From assembly GCA_965116495.1 (NCBI GenBank), contig OZ220696.1, positions 1,216,001-1,280,000 of the forward strand: 64,000 nucleotides of DNA. Reading direction: 5' to 3'. The notes under the pieces were generated by a model. The model did no database searches. It saw nothing but the letters and a program-made list of their open reading frames with translations, and had not been told where the DNA came from. The DNA comes from Gammaproteobacteria bacterium. GTDB taxonomy: Bacteria > Pseudomonadota > Gammaproteobacteria > Eutrophobiales > Eutrophobiaceae. The position numbers and the translations under genes were made by a program. Within the stretch, counting starts at the first letter, position 1. Each line of letters opens with the position of its first letter. Below are positions 18,057 to 29,210 of the stretch, piece by piece.

Positions 18057-19151
18057 CTATTCATCCATTTTTAATATAGGTTTGATTGTTTTACCGGAAT
18101 GGGTGTCGGAAACCGCTTCGTTGATCTGCTCCAACGAATAAAAACCCGCGAGCTTGTCCATTGGGAATGAACCGTCAAGATACATTTCTATCAGTTGCGG
18201 AATAATTTCAACTGGATCGCAATCACCATTTACCACACCACGAATGACTTTACCGCTTATCAGTGGTAGCACATTTAGTGTAACCTGCGGTTCTTTCGAG
18301 GCACCAAGCAAGGTCAATGTTCCACGTGTTTTTAAAGCGTCAGCCGCAGTAGAGATAAGCGCCGGTACACCGCTGGTATCAACACCTTGATCAATCCCAC
18401 CCAGTTCTGCCAGTTCGCCGGCAAGATCCTGGTCCGTAGTATTAATAGAATCACTAGCTCCAAGCTCACGTGCCAAAGCAAGACGGCTCTCAACTCGGTC
18501 CACTGCAATAATTTTGCCTGCATTCATGGCTTTCGCAGCCATCAAGGCCGCCATACCGACGGCACCGGTGCCAAATACAGCAAGTGTCGTGTCCGGCCCT
18601 GGTTTTAATACATTCATCACTGTACCGGCACCTGTTAAATAACCACAGCTTAGTGGCCCCATGAGCTCCAGTGGTACGTCCTTACGGATCTTGATGGCAT
18701 TCCGCGCCTGCGCCAGAGAGTAAGTTGCAAAGGAAGACTGGGAAAAAAAACCACCGCCAATGGCTTCTCCACTTTCGGCATGCAATGTGGGTGAACCATC
18801 CAGACGACGCCCCATGAAATTTAAAGGCATGTACTGCTCACAATAGGCTGGGTGTGAATCGCTACAGGGAGCACAGGCCCCGCAGGTATTGAATGTAAGA
18901 ACGACGTGATCACCCGGCTCATAGCCGCTGACATTGGCCCCCACTTTTTCGACTACACCTGCACCTTCATGTCCAAGTACAAAGGGAAGCGGCAAAGGCA
19001 TGATCTGGTCGACGATTGACAAATCCGTATGACAAATTCCAGTGGCGACGATCTGCACCAATAATTCATCGTCATTTGGGTCTGCCAGATCTATTCCTTC
19101 TACACTAAATTGACCTCCTGCCTCCCGTGCAACAGCAGCTTTTATTTTCAT
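18057..19151 (-). CDS. Zn-dependent aryl/benzyl-alcohol dehydrogenase-like MDR
   Basis: GICHTD, GHEGAG, CGACAPC..C, GTGAVG. Confidence 0.9.
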   Translation of the reverse strand: MKIKAAVAREAGGQFSVEGIDLADPNDDELLVQIVATGICHTDLSIVDQIMPLPLPFVLGHEGAGVVEKVGANVSGYEPGDHVVLTFNTCGACAPCSDSHPAYCEQYMPLNFMGRRLDGSPTLHAESGEAIGGGFFSQSSFATYSLAQARNAIKIRKDVPLELMGPLSCGYLTGAGTVMNVLKPGPDTTLAVFGTGAVGMAALMAAKAMNAGKIIAVDRVESRLALARELGASDSINTTDQDLAGELAELGGIDQGVDTSGVPALISTAADALKTRGTLTLLGASKEPQVTLNVLPLISGKVIRGVVNGDCDPVEIIPQLIEMYLDGSFPMDKLAGFYSLEQINEAVSDTHSGKTIKPILKMDE

Positions 19152-19177
19152 ATTACTTCCCCCTGAGTCCGTCTTGC

Positions 19178-20425
19178 TTAATTACGTTCGCTTATTATCA
19201 TTGGTAGTGTTTCAAGACCCCGGAAGGTCATGGGCGGTGAAAAATCCAACTCATCATTTACCAAACTAAATTCAAAACGCTCGATAAAGGCAGGAAAAAA
19301 TTCACTCAATACCATCTTTGCAAGGCGAAGACCAATACAGTGATGCATGCCCGGTGCAAATACCAGGTTTTGGCCCTGATCCCGTTCAAAATTAAATTCA
19401 TGAGGCTCAGCAAACACAGACGGATCCTGGTTTGCTGCACTTTGAAAAAGCAACACAAATTGTCCTTTCTTTATTATATTTCCATCCCACTCAAAATCTT
19501 CCGCGACAACCCGGGACATGAAGGTCGACATCTGTGCGCGCCGTTGAATCTCCATTATCGCGTCTATGTCAATATCGTCGGATTGTCGTAACCTGTCGAT
19601 AGCTTCAGGCTGACGAGCCAGTTCAGCCACACCCAATGCCATGGTATTCACAGTCGTGTCATGACCGGCAATCAACACAATATGGCAAACGCCAAGCATC
19701 TCTTCCTCTGTTAACTTATCTCCCGCATCAACCGCCAATACCAATTCGGAAATAAAATCGCCGGTGGGATTTTTGCGTTTTTCCTCAAACTTGGGTTTGA
19801 ATAATTCGTTCAACTCATTGATGACGCCGTCAACCTTGAATAATTGCTCAAGCGGTACATTGATGTTACCGATGGTATTCAAGTCGATTGACCAGCGTTG
19901 CATCTCGTTAATCAATGTATCGTCAAAGTCACAGACCTTCAGGATCATGCGAGCCGGAATGATGCGTGCCACGTTTTCAACAAATTCAACCGGGCCATCT
20001 ATTTCTGCAACCGCATCCAGCGCCTCCTTAATATAGCGCTGCACATCAGGACGAATCGCTTCTACCACTGCGCGCCCAAATGCCCTTTGAATCAAGCGAC
20101 GTATTCTCTGGTGCTCGTCATCGTCCATGTTCAGCAGCCAGGTCTTCGGCGTCTGCATCACAGCAGGAATCTGCGTCCTCTCTTCATCGCTCAGGTGTGC
20201 GGTGGCAAAAAACGGCAACCTCTCATTGGATAGTGGGAGTTTTCCCGAATAACCCCTGAGAACTTCGCGATGACCCGTCACCATCCAGGCCTGGTTGATC
20301 TCACTCCAGTATATCGGGCTGGTCTTTCGTAAATCGTCCAGGCGTTCTGTCAGGGAACTACCCAGGCTTTGTATGTCCAGTGGGAAATCCAGCTCGCTGA
20401 CAACGCTTTGAGTAGGACCGGTCAT
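19178..20425 (-). CDS. cytochrome P450
   Basis: AGHDTT, EIQR, heme motif FAPGMHHCIG. Confidence 0.95.
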   Translation of the reverse strand: MTGPTQSVVSELDFPLDIQSLGSSLTERLDDLRKTSPIYWSEINQAWMVTGHREVLRGYSGKLPLSNERLPFFATAHLSDEERTQIPAVMQTPKTWLLNMDDDEHQRIRRLIQRAFGRAVVEAIRPDVQRYIKEALDAVAEIDGPVEFVENVARIIPARMILKVCDFDDTLINEMQRWSIDLNTIGNINVPLEQLFKVDGVINELNELFKPKFEEKRKNPTGDFISELVLAVDAGDKLTEEEMLGVCHIVLIAGHDTTVNTMALGVAELARQPEAIDRLRQSDDIDIDAIMEIQRRAQMSTFMSRVVAEDFEWDGNIIKKGQFVLLFQSAANQDPSVFAEPHEFNFERDQGQNLVFAPGMHHCIGLRLAKMVLSEFFPAFIERFEFSLVNDELDFSPPMTFRGLETLPMIISERN

Positions 20426-20475
20426 GTCTAAAACTCCTTGCGGGATGTTTAGGAACGAATAATTTTAACCCATAT

Positions 20476-20491
20476 TATAACAAACGCTATA
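20476..20491. promoter_or_regulatory. Degenerate regulon operator
   Basis: TATAACAAACGCTATA upstream of the P450. Confidence 0.45.
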
Positions 20492-20666
20492 CAAAAAAGT
20501 TATCACCAGCCCGGATGTTGTGCAAGTAACTTATAAGGCGCAGTAATTGGGTATGCCTCCGGTTGGCTCCCAGTACGTTCGTTGAGTTTATCGGGCAGGC
20601 GTTCAAGGCCGCGCAACGACATGGCAGAAGAGAATACAAAGTCCAGACTATCCCGTATCCGGTCAG

Positions 20667-21437
20667 TCAAAGCTGCCAACCTCCATCGACGGCCAGGTTC
20701 ACACCCGATATGTACCTGCCTTTTTCTGATGCCAGGAAGACTACCGCATTGGCGATGTCTTCAGGTGTACCCAGGTTACCCAGGGGGACTTGCGCTGTAA
20801 TCGCCTTGATGGCCTTCTCGTCCATCTGGCCGTCCATACCTCTTGCCAGTTTTCCTCCTGCCAACCAGCCCGAACGGATGCTGTTTGCCCGGATGCCATA
20901 GCGACCATTTTCCCTGGCCACCACCTCCAGCAGGTTCTCAATGGCTGCCTTGGGCGCGCTGGAGAGCACACTCTTCGGCAGGTGTCGTGTCGCCTGGGTG
21001 GTGGTCACTGCGGTAATACTGCCGCCGCCGGTATCCTTCAATACGGGAAGCGCAGCCTGGATCAGGTTGAAACAGGCATGGGTGTCCTGCGTAAAGATGT
21101 TTTTCCAGGCTTCCAGACTTGTGGAACCGACAAAATCTATGGGTATTGCCGGACCTGCTGCATACACAACGCTATGGACGGCGACGTACTTTTCCTTGAC
21201 CTGCTGCATAAATGAATGGGTGGCAGCCTCATCATGCAAAGCCAGTTGATAGTAGTCCACTGCGATGTCTGAAGATATACAGGATTGCATTACCTGTCGC
21301 GCCCCCTGCTCGTTCAGGTGATAGGTGAACGCCACCGGCGATCCCGACCTCGCAAACGCCTCTACGATTGCCGCGCCGATCCCCCCGCTACCGCCGGCCA
21401 CAACCGCAACCCCCTCTTTAAACTCCTTTACACCCAT
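20667..21437 (-). CDS. SDR family oxidoreductase (atypical)
   Basis: AGGSGGIG; SSAPK in place of YxxxK; VDGG. Confidence 0.85.
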   Translation of the reverse strand: MGVKEFKEGVAVVAGGSGGIGAAIVEAFARSGSPVAFTYHLNEQGARQVMQSCISSDIAVDYYQLALHDEAATHSFMQQVKEKYVAVHSVVYAAGPAIPIDFVGSTSLEAWKNIFTQDTHACFNLIQAALPVLKDTGGGSITAVTTTQATRHLPKSVLSSAPKAAIENLLEVVARENGRYGIRANSIRSGWLAGGKLARGMDGQMDEKAIKAITAQVPLGNLGTPEDIANAVVFLASEKGRYISGVNLAVDGGWQL

Positions 21438-21468
21438 TATTCATTCAGCGCCAGATACGGCGATCAAT

Positions 21469-21482
21469 CAGCATATGCTATA
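21469..21482. promoter_or_regulatory. Regulon operator
   Basis: CAGCATATGCTATA upstream of the SDR. Confidence 0.7.
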
Positions 21483-21507
21483 CCTACCATACTGAGATTT
21501 CATTTAC

Positions 21508-21540
21508 AAAAAAAGCCACCAGTGTTGCTATTGGTGGCTT
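21508..21540 (-). terminator. Rho-independent terminator after the TBDR
   Basis: Stem AAGCCACCA/TGGTGGCTT followed by a T-tract on the minus strand. Confidence 0.72.
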
Positions 21541-21565
21541 CGTTATTTCGGATTGCGAGTTCATA

Positions 21566-24055
21566 CTAGAAATCGTATGCAATATATCCTCCAAGCTGTC
21601 TCGGATCGCCCGGGACGCCAAAAAGAAGGAAGCCGTTGCCGATCGCCCCGGTTTTGAAGTAGCCCTCGTCAAACAGGTTCCTGCCATAAAAACCAACCTT
21701 CCAGTTGCCGTTGTTGGGTATGTACTGCATGTTCAGATTAACGGTCGCATAACTGGCATCTGTCGTGCCGCCGGAACCAACGCGGTTCTCTGCGTCATAC
21801 CATGACCCATCGTTGTAGCGCAGCGAAGGTGTGATGCTCAGCTCACCGCTGGTGAGAAAAGGCACCCTGTAATCCAGTCCGGCTGCCAGTGTGAAGGGCG
21901 GGGCGCCGGCAAATTTCTTACCGTTCGTCGCCGCAAAGCCTGAAGTGCCGGCAAGGGTATTGAAAAAGGGTGAATCCTGCTCATATTCAGAATCCGTAAT
22001 GGTCATGTTCACATACCAGGTCAGGCCGTCATTTATCAGGCCGCTCAGATCAATTTCCGCACCGTACAGCTCACCCTCAGGCACGTTATAGATAACCTGG
22101 CCACCGACGTTGTTATCAATGAAGCTGATGTGGGGATTTTCGTAATCATAGTACCAGACCGCACCATTAACGAGCAGGTTACCACCCATCCATTGCGACT
22201 TGAAACCTATTTCATAGGATGTGACTTCCTCCGGTTCGGAAACACCAAATGCGGGGCCATCCGCATTCAGGTAGGCCGATTTGAAACCGGTGGAGGTACC
22301 ACCGTAGAACATCCAGCTATCCGTCTTGTATTCCAGCCGGGCCGTATAGGTAAATTCATCGTCTTCCCTTTCAATTAGTCCGGCATTGGCATTCAATATT
22401 ACCAGAACAGGGTTGGTAAAAGGGTTGGTCAGATCGGTATGATCCTGCAACTCCAGTTCGTCCCTGTTATAGCGGCCACCCAGGGTAACGCTCCAGTTAC
22501 CGGTAAACGGATAGGTAATCTGCCCATAGACCGCGTAGGAAGTGGTTTCCCATTCATTCCGGGTACTTATGTTAAAACCACCGAAGCTGTTGCCATCCAC
22601 ACCATGCAACTGCTGCTCGTTAAAATAATTAAAGCCGATGAGCCAGTCCCAGTCCCAGGTATCATTCGACACCAGACGGATTTCCTCCTGAAACATGTCG
22701 TTTTCATACTGGCCGGTAAATCCGAGGCCGAGATTTGGCAGGCCCAACAAGCCCAGGGTCACGGCCCCCGGACTGCTTGGATCGATATTACCCACACCTG
22801 CAGCGCCGAAATAGTCGATGTCCGCATACGCGGTAATGGATGTCAGGGTAAACCGTTCAAAATCGATGTCGATACGGCCGCTGAAAGCGGTCTCTTCGAC
22901 TTGATGGCCGGAACCGGAAAAGGGCGATGCACTACCAAGAGTACCCGCAACCAACGCCCCGCCAGCGCCGGCGCCGGCAATTTCATTGCTGTTAATCAAG
23001 TTGGCGTGAGTGCCGCCTCTCCCCCGGGAAAAGTCGATGCCGGCTGCGGTACCGATGGCAGTGGGTATCGGACCAATCGTAGGTATAACCAAAAAGGGTG
23101 TATTCCGGTCACCGGGCGGCAGTCCGAATCCGCCTCCCAGTATCCCGGCCATAAGGACTTCACCGCTGCTCAGACCGTTTGCCGCCAAGGTATCGGCATC
23201 AAGGCCAATTGCTGCCAATGGACCACCCGGAGCCGTGCGTGGATCAATCTGCCGGATTTGTGCCGCAGAGGGTACCTCCCGATCGGATAATCCATAGTAG
23301 ACATTAACCCCGTCAAGCTGGTCCAAATAGCTGCCCTTGAGCAGCACCGAGATATTGTCCTGTTCAAACAATAACTTGCCGGTCAACCCCCATTCTTCCA
23401 GATCATGTATGCCACCCCTGGCTAGGTTCTGGCTGTCGGGCAGAAAGTCGTAAAACGGGTCATGTTCCTTGAAAAAACCTTCCAGACTGAGAGCAGTGTT
23501 ATCCGTCAGGCCCGTTGCTGCATAAACACTCAGGTCTATTGCGTCATGTTCGCCATAGCCGACTTTAACATTACCGGACGGTCCAACGCCGACTTCCGGT
23601 CTCCTGGTCTCAATGACGATGGAGCCGCCGGTTGAGTTTTTCCCATACAACGCTCCCTGTGGACCTTTCAGAACCTGAACGCTGGACGTGTTAACACCGA
23701 CATTGCTGGCATAAGAACGTGGTATATACACACCATCCACATTGATGGTGGAACCCATATACACAGCGCCGCCCGGTATGATACTGCCCATCCCCCGGAT
23801 GACCGGTATCAGGTAGCCACCCGTATTCATCATGTTAACACCGGAAATGGCAGTGCCAAGCTCTTCCGTACGAGTAATCGCCGCTTTTTCCAGGCCTTCC
23901 TCTGTGAGTGCAGAAATCGAAATGGCTACATCCTGGATGGATTCCTCACGTTTCTGGGCGGTGACAATGATTTCTTCCAGTTGTGCCAGTGCCGGTGTCA
24001 TCGACAGGCACAGACCGGTTGTAATGACAGAAATGATGTATAGTTTAATTTTCAT
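21566..24055 (-). CDS. TonB-dependent receptor
   Basis: LEEIIVTAQKRE TonB-box region, VLKGPQGALYGKN, C-terminal YDF. Confidence 0.95.
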   Translation of the reverse strand: MKIKLYIISVITTGLCLSMTPALAQLEEIIVTAQKREESIQDVAISISALTEEGLEKAAITRTEELGTAISGVNMMNTGGYLIPVIRGMGSIIPGGAVYMGSTINVDGVYIPRSYASNVGVNTSSVQVLKGPQGALYGKNSTGGSIVIETRRPEVGVGPSGNVKVGYGEHDAIDLSVYAATGLTDNTALSLEGFFKEHDPFYDFLPDSQNLARGGIHDLEEWGLTGKLLFEQDNISVLLKGSYLDQLDGVNVYYGLSDREVPSAAQIRQIDPRTAPGGPLAAIGLDADTLAANGLSSGEVLMAGILGGGFGLPPGDRNTPFLVIPTIGPIPTAIGTAAGIDFSRGRGGTHANLINSNEIAGAGAGGALVAGTLGSASPFSGSGHQVEETAFSGRIDIDFERFTLTSITAYADIDYFGAAGVGNIDPSSPGAVTLGLLGLPNLGLGFTGQYENDMFQEEIRLVSNDTWDWDWLIGFNYFNEQQLHGVDGNSFGGFNISTRNEWETTSYAVYGQITYPFTGNWSVTLGGRYNRDELELQDHTDLTNPFTNPVLVILNANAGLIEREDDEFTYTARLEYKTDSWMFYGGTSTGFKSAYLNADGPAFGVSEPEEVTSYEIGFKSQWMGGNLLVNGAVWYYDYENPHISFIDNNVGGQVIYNVPEGELYGAEIDLSGLINDGLTWYVNMTITDSEYEQDSPFFNTLAGTSGFAATNGKKFAGAPPFTLAAGLDYRVPFLTSGELSITPSLRYNDGSWYDAENRVGSGGTTDASYATVNLNMQYIPNNGNWKVGFYGRNLFDEGYFKTGAIGNGFLLFGVPGDPRQLGGYIAYDF

Positions 24056-24079
24056 CGAATTCCCCCGTCGTCAGACATT

Positions 24080-24160
24080 GATATACGTACACGCTCTTGA
24101 CCTACGCAAGAGTATATAATAGTCATAGAACGTTTGCTATACTAGCAGATGCTACAAGGA
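24080..24160. promoter_or_regulatory. Duplicated promoter cassette, copy 1
   Basis: GATATACGTAC, CTCTTG-N7-CAAGAG (24094-24112), TAGCAGATGCTA (24143-24154); paralog at 29415. Confidence 0.75.
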
Positions 24161-24242
24161 AAAGACAGCAGCTGAGCATGAGTATAGCTGAGCATGTTGT
24201 CAACAATTAGAATTGTCCGGTTTAGAGCGTTGTTGATGTGCG

Positions 24243-25415
24243 TCACAAACGTCTTGCGATTGTTGCACGCATAATTTCGGAGGTGCCTAAAAATATCCGG
24301 TGAACCCGTGCGAAAGAATACATTTTGGAAATCGGCATCTCGTCGCTGTACCCCATGCCCCCATGCAATTGCAAGCACTCATCCATAACCCTCGCCTCAA
24401 GTTCACTGCCCCAGAGCTTGGCAATCGCTGATTCATCAGCGCCGAGTTGATTCTTGTTCAGTTTCTTCAAATAACTGTCAATCAGGGCTCTCCCTGCCGC
24501 AATGTCAGCTCTTACGGATGCCAGTTTGAATTGGGTATTCTGGAACTCAAATATCCGTTGCCCGAAGGCCTTGCGCTCTTTTGTATAGTCTATCGTCAAA
24601 GCCATCGCCAACTCGCAGGCGGCGACACAACGTGCCGCTGTTGCCATCCTGCCCGTTGCGATAGAGCCCATGGCGCAACGCAAGCCCCTCCCCTCCACAC
24701 CCCCCATAAGGTTACGGGCAGGAATACGGACGTCATCAAAAAATATCTCCGCCACACCACCACAGCCCTTTGTCATCAGTGGCGTTGGTTTACTCACGGT
24801 TATACCTTTTGTTCCCTCAAACGGAACGATAAACATCGAAATAGCGTCGCTGTTGCCCTCTTTTTCCGTCTTGGCCACAACAAACAACACAGAAATGAGC
24901 GGCCCATTCGACATCCACATTTTTGAACCATTAATGACATAATCATCCCCATCTCTGCGGGCAAATGTCTTTATGGCTCGAGCATCACTTCCGGCGCCGG
25001 ATTCAGAAAGGCCAACTTCAGCGATTCCCTTTCCTGACGCAAAAAATGGCAGCCATTCTTTCTTTTGCTCTTCGGTTCCTCCATCGAGCAGCACATAACT
25101 TGCTAATTCCGTACATAACCCAGCTTCAAGTGAAGCGCCGCTTGCAGAAAAACCGTGCTCTTCGTGAAGTATTACCTGATGCAGTAGATCACCACCGCCA
25201 CCGCCATACTCTTCAGGTATTCCGGCACAGAGAATCCCGTATTCGGCAGCTGTTTTGAACAGTGCTGCCGGGAAAAAGCCATCCTTCTCCCATTGCCGGT
25301 AATTCGGCTCAACCTCCTGTTGAAAAAATCGTCGCACTACTTCACGAAAGGCTTCGTGTTCAGGCTGAAATACTTCCCGGTTATAACCTAAGGATGCAAC
25401 ATCACTCATTTTCAT
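24243..25415 (-). CDS. acyl-CoA dehydrogenase-like flavoprotein (LCAD-like)
   Basis: PEEYGG, SESGAGSD, INGSKMW, LHGGMGY, GTSEI. Confidence 0.92.
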   Translation of the reverse strand: MKMSDVASLGYNREVFQPEHEAFREVVRRFFQQEVEPNYRQWEKDGFFPAALFKTAAEYGILCAGIPEEYGGGGGDLLHQVILHEEHGFSASGASLEAGLCTELASYVLLDGGTEEQKKEWLPFFASGKGIAEVGLSESGAGSDARAIKTFARRDGDDYVINGSKMWMSNGPLISVLFVVAKTEKEGNSDAISMFIVPFEGTKGITVSKPTPLMTKGCGGVAEIFFDDVRIPARNLMGGVEGRGLRCAMGSIATGRMATAARCVAACELAMALTIDYTKERKAFGQRIFEFQNTQFKLASVRADIAAGRALIDSYLKKLNKNQLGADESAIAKLWGSELEARVMDECLQLHGGMGYSDEMPISKMYSFARVHRIFLGTSEIMRATIARRL

Positions 25416-25499
25416 TACCGCTACCAGTCGTTCACCACGTTACAGGGAGGCCGAAGCAACGACATAACCGTTATATCCATCGGAGACCTCATTTTTTTA

Positions 25500-26615
25500 T
25501 TACCGGGGATGAAACCTGACATTAAGTTCATATAAACCCCGAAAAAAAGCCATGGGCATAAAATTAAGCTTATCGTCTTGAACATCAACACCTTTGAACC
25601 TTTTGACCATAGCCAATAAAAACTCGCCAACCTCCATTTTTGCCAGCATATGCCCTACACAATGGTGTACTCCAGGAGCGAAAACCATGGAGTTGGTATT
25701 GTCACGACTAAAATCGAGACCTAAAGGGTTATCATAAACTCTCGGATCGCGATTAGCCGCCGCCACGCAAAGCATGACCATATCACCAGCTTTAATTTGT
25801 TTACCGTGCCATTCAAAATCGTAACTGGCCACACGTAATTGGCCCGCATTCATGCAAACATAGCGCATGAATTCATTAACAATGTCGGTGATTTTATCAG
25901 GGCACTCCTCGATATACTGCCATGCTTCGGGGTGTCGACTCAGTGCTTCAACGATCATGGTAATTGTGCTGGAGGTACTCTCATGACCGGCAACAATCAA
26001 AATCAGCATCTGAGCAAAAAATTCATCTTCTGTGATTTTTTCACCTTCATCACTTGCCTGGGCTAAGGCAGTAATGAGGTCATCCTTTGGCTCTAACAAT
26101 CGCTTTTCTCTTTCAATTCGGCCAAGCTCATTCATTTCTGAGGCACATTTTTCAGCGCGTGTTATCTGTTTTTCTGTGGACCCAATCGAGGAAGTCACCT
26201 CCATTATGGCGTTAGACCATTCACGCATATTGGCGAACTGCTCTTCAGGAATTCCCAGCATTTTGAAAATAACAAAGCCGGGTAGGGGTCTTGAAATCTG
26301 TTCCTGAAATTCAATTTCAGGGGAGTCAACTGCTTTTCTCAAGAGCTCTCGAACCTTTTCTCGAACGATGGGGCGAATTTGTTCTACGGCTTTTTTGGTG
26401 ACAGCTTTCATCAACAACTTTCTAAGGCGTGTATGCTCAGGCGCTTCGGTATCGACAATAACCAGTGGAAGGTATTTTGAAAGCACTGGAAATTTCTTGG
26501 AGCGATCATCAGGGGGGATTCTCGACATTACGCTGGAAACCAAACGACCTTTACAGGACAAGGCGGGGTACTTGTAGTTAAAAGCATCAGCAACATCCTG
26601 ATGGCGAGTTATCAT
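25500..26615 (-). pseudogene. cytochrome P450, 3' part (IS21-interrupted)
   Basis: AGHEST, EFMR, FAPGVHHCVG; joins the 29221-29363 part as CWMIT-RHQDV. Confidence 0.9.
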
Positions 26616-26718
26616 TGCGTATTTCACTGAATCCTGCCACCCGTTTCACGTGAAGGCTGCCACCCGGAACGCAGCAAAGCTGCCACCCCCGGGCGCGTGA
26701 TGACGTGGGTGTTGGTCA

Positions 26719-27477
26719 TTATGACTCTGTTGGGGTCATCGTCGTCAATATTTTTTTCTGTTTTCGCATGGATTCTCCCTTGAGGTTGATTTTGTAAGCA
26801 TTGTGCACCAAGCGGTCGAGGATGGCATCGGCGAGGGTGGGGTCGCCGATACTGTCATGCCATTTTTCGGGCGGTAATTGACTGGTAGCGAGGGTGGAGC
26901 GTGCGCCGTGGCGGTCTTCCAGGATTTCCAGCAGGTCACGGCGCTGCTCTGCGTTCAGTTTGACCAGGCCCCAGTCATCGAGGATGAGGACCTGGGTTCT
27001 CGCCAGGGTGGACAGGAGTTTAGGGTAGCGTCCGTCCCCTTTGGCGATAGTCATGTCCTGGAGGAGTCTGGGCAGGCGCAGGTAGAGGGCGGTGTGGCCC
27101 ACTCGGCAGGCGCTGTGCGCCAGGGCGCAGGCGAGCCAGGTTTTGCCGACGCCGGTGGGGCCGGTGATGAGGATATTGAGGTGTTCCCTGACCCACTGGC
27201 AGGTGGCCAGTGATTGCATCAGGGATTTATCCAGTCCGCGCGGGTGGTGATAGTCGATATCCTCCAGGGCGGCATTGTGTTTGAGGCGGGCGCGGCGCAA
27301 CCGGTTGGAAGTGCGCCGGTTGTCCCGCTCGGTGAGCTCCCGGTCGACGAGCAGGCCGAGGCGTTCCTCGAAGCTGAGCGTGTCGATATCGGGCAGGGTC
27401 ATTTGCTCGGTGAGCGCGGCAACCATACCGGTGCACTTCAGGGTGTGGAGTTTATCCAGGGTGGGATGTGTCAACAT
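26719..27477 (-). CDS. istB: IS21 helper ATPase
   Basis: GPTGVGKT, LILDDWG, ADAILDRLVH; start MLTHPT at 27477. Confidence 0.95.
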   Translation of the reverse strand: MLTHPTLDKLHTLKCTGMVAALTEQMTLPDIDTLSFEERLGLLVDRELTERDNRRTSNRLRRARLKHNAALEDIDYHHPRGLDKSLMQSLATCQWVREHLNILITGPTGVGKTWLACALAHSACRVGHTALYLRLPRLLQDMTIAKGDGRYPKLLSTLARTQVLILDDWGLVKLNAEQRRDLLEILEDRHGARSTLATSQLPPEKWHDSIGDPTLADAILDRLVHNAYKINLKGESMRKQKKILTTMTPTES

Positions 27478-27496
27478 AGTGCTCTCCTGTTGTGGA

Positions 27497-29038
27497 TCAG
27501 TGGTAGTAGGATGGGCCACGCAGATTGTCGTGGTCATCAGGCAAGTCCGCCTCGGTCTGTTCGGCAAGGGGTTGCCGGTCGAGGCCGTGGCGGAGGATGG
27601 ATTCGAGACTCTTGTAGCTGTGGCTGCCCAGGGTGAGGGCGCGTTGGCAGGCGGCCTCCAGCCGGTCATTGCCATAGGTTTTGCCAAGACGCAGAATGCC
27701 TAAACAGCTGCGGTAGGCCTGCTGGGGGTGCTTGCGGGCAGACAGGACACGGAGGATAAGGGTTTCTGTGGCCGGCCCGACCTGCGCGGCCCAGCGGCCC
27801 AGGCGTTGCGGAGACCACTCGCCGGCCTGGCGGTGTGCCTCGGGCATGTGGGCCGTGACGGTGGTATGGCGCGCCTTGTGGCAGGAGCGCCGATGGCTGG
27901 CGATGCGTTGTCCACGGTGGAAACACTCAATGGTGTTGGCGGTGATGCGCACGTCCACTTGTTTTTTGATGAGCGCATGGGGCACGGAGTAGTAATGGCC
28001 ATGGACCTCGACGTGATAGTCGATATGGACCCGTGCCTGCTTCCACTCGGCGTATTCGTACGGCTCGACGGGCAGGGGGCGCAGGGCCGGTTTGTCCAGT
28101 TGCTCAAACAGGGTGCGCCGGGTGCCCGGCAGTTTCTTGAAGGGCCGGTTGTTGAGCGTCTCAAGCAACGCCCGGATGGCCCGGTTCAACTCGGCCAGGG
28201 AGAAGCACTGACGCCGGCGCAGCGCGGCGAGGATCCAGCGCTCCACCACCTGGACTGCGACCTCTGCTTTCGCTTTGTCACGGGGGCGCCGCACCCGCGC
28301 CGGGACGATAGCGACCCCGTAATGGGCGGCCAGGTCCTGGTAGGTGGGGTTGATATCCGGCTCATACCGGTGTGCCCTGGCAACGCCTGCGCGTAAATTG
28401 TCGGGCACCACCACCGCCGGCACACCACCGAAGTAGTCAAAACAGCGCACGTGGGCGCCGGTCCAGTCTGCCAGTCCCTGGGTCCAGGTGGCCTCGGCAT
28501 AGGTGTAGTTCGATGCACCCAGCGCTGCCACAAACACCTCTGCCTCACGCACCTCCCCGGTCGCCGGGTTGATGACCTGGGCACGCATACCGGCATAATC
28601 CACGAACAGCTTCTCACCGGCCCGGTGACTCTGGCGCATCACCAGGTCCAGCTTGCCGGCCCAGGCCCGGTACTGCCGGCAGAACCAAGTGTACTGATAC
28701 CCGTGCGGGTAAGTCTGGCGATACTCATGCCATAACAACTGCAGGGTGACGCCCGGGCGTTTCAACTCCCGATGAACTTCTGACCAATCGGGCATGCCGC
28801 GGGCCGCAGCGGGCACGGCCGGGGTGGGCGGAAACAGCAGACGCTCCAGCGCCCCGTCATCCAGCTCAACCGGCAACGGCCAACCCAGCCCGGCCGCCTC
28901 GGCCCGGCGCAGGTACGCATCCACCGCCGGACGGGAAAGGCCACAACTCCTGGCGGTCTGGCGTTTACTCAGGCCCTGGCCCCAACACAGGCGTAATACT
29001 TCTTTTATCTTTCTCATGGACAACCTCTTTGCGGGCAT
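27497..29038 (-). CDS. istA: IS21 transposase
   Basis: [19 protein letters not shown]. Confidence 0.95.
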   Translation of the reverse strand: MPAKRLSMRKIKEVLRLCWGQGLSKRQTARSCGLSRPAVDAYLRRAEAAGLGWPLPVELDDGALERLLFPPTPAVPAAARGMPDWSEVHRELKRPGVTLQLLWHEYRQTYPHGYQYTWFCRQYRAWAGKLDLVMRQSHRAGEKLFVDYAGMRAQVINPATGEVREAEVFVAALGASNYTYAEATWTQGLADWTGAHVRCFDYFGGVPAVVVPDNLRAGVARAHRYEPDINPTYQDLAAHYGVAIVPARVRRPRDKAKAEVAVQVVERWILAALRRRQCFSLAELNRAIRALLETLNNRPFKKLPGTRRTLFEQLDKPALRPLPVEPYEYAEWKQARVHIDYHVEVHGHYYSVPHALIKKQVDVRITANTIECFHRGQRIASHRRSCHKARHTTVTAHMPEAHRQAGEWSPQRLGRWAAQVGPATETLILRVLSARKHPQQAYRSCLGILRLGKTYGNDRLEAACQRALTLGSHSYKSLESILRHGLDRQPLAEQTEADLPDDHDNLRGPSYYH

Positions 29039-29124
29039 CTGTGTCTCCTCCTTTCAGTAGAAATAAGGACACAGGATACCCGTGGTTATCCACGTCAAAC
29101 GCGCCGGCTATCTACCTCCCTGGG

Positions 29125-29210
29125 GGTGGCAGCTTTGCCGTGTAATGGGTGGCAGCTTTCGTGTGTAATGGGTGGCAGCTTTGCCGTATAATCGGTGGCA
29201 GCTTTGCCGT
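29125..29210. repeat. IS21 subterminal transposase-binding repeats
   Basis: GGTGGCAGCTTT four times at 23-bp period; complementary CTGCCACC copies at the other end. Confidence 0.85.

Noticed and set aside
22439-23290. 283-aa plus-strand ORF (similarly 27728..28396, 44800..45573, 54022..54690, 57782..58432)
   Set aside because: Antisense to well-supported genes and without family motifs
27478-27687. Extended N-terminus of IstB
   Set aside because: Overlaps istA; an AGGAG RBS and a typical IstB start lie at 27477
29125-29210. Regularly spaced repeats that could suggest a CRISPR array
   Set aside because: 23-bp period with no unique spacers, located inside the IS21 end; these are subterminal repeats and no cas genes are present
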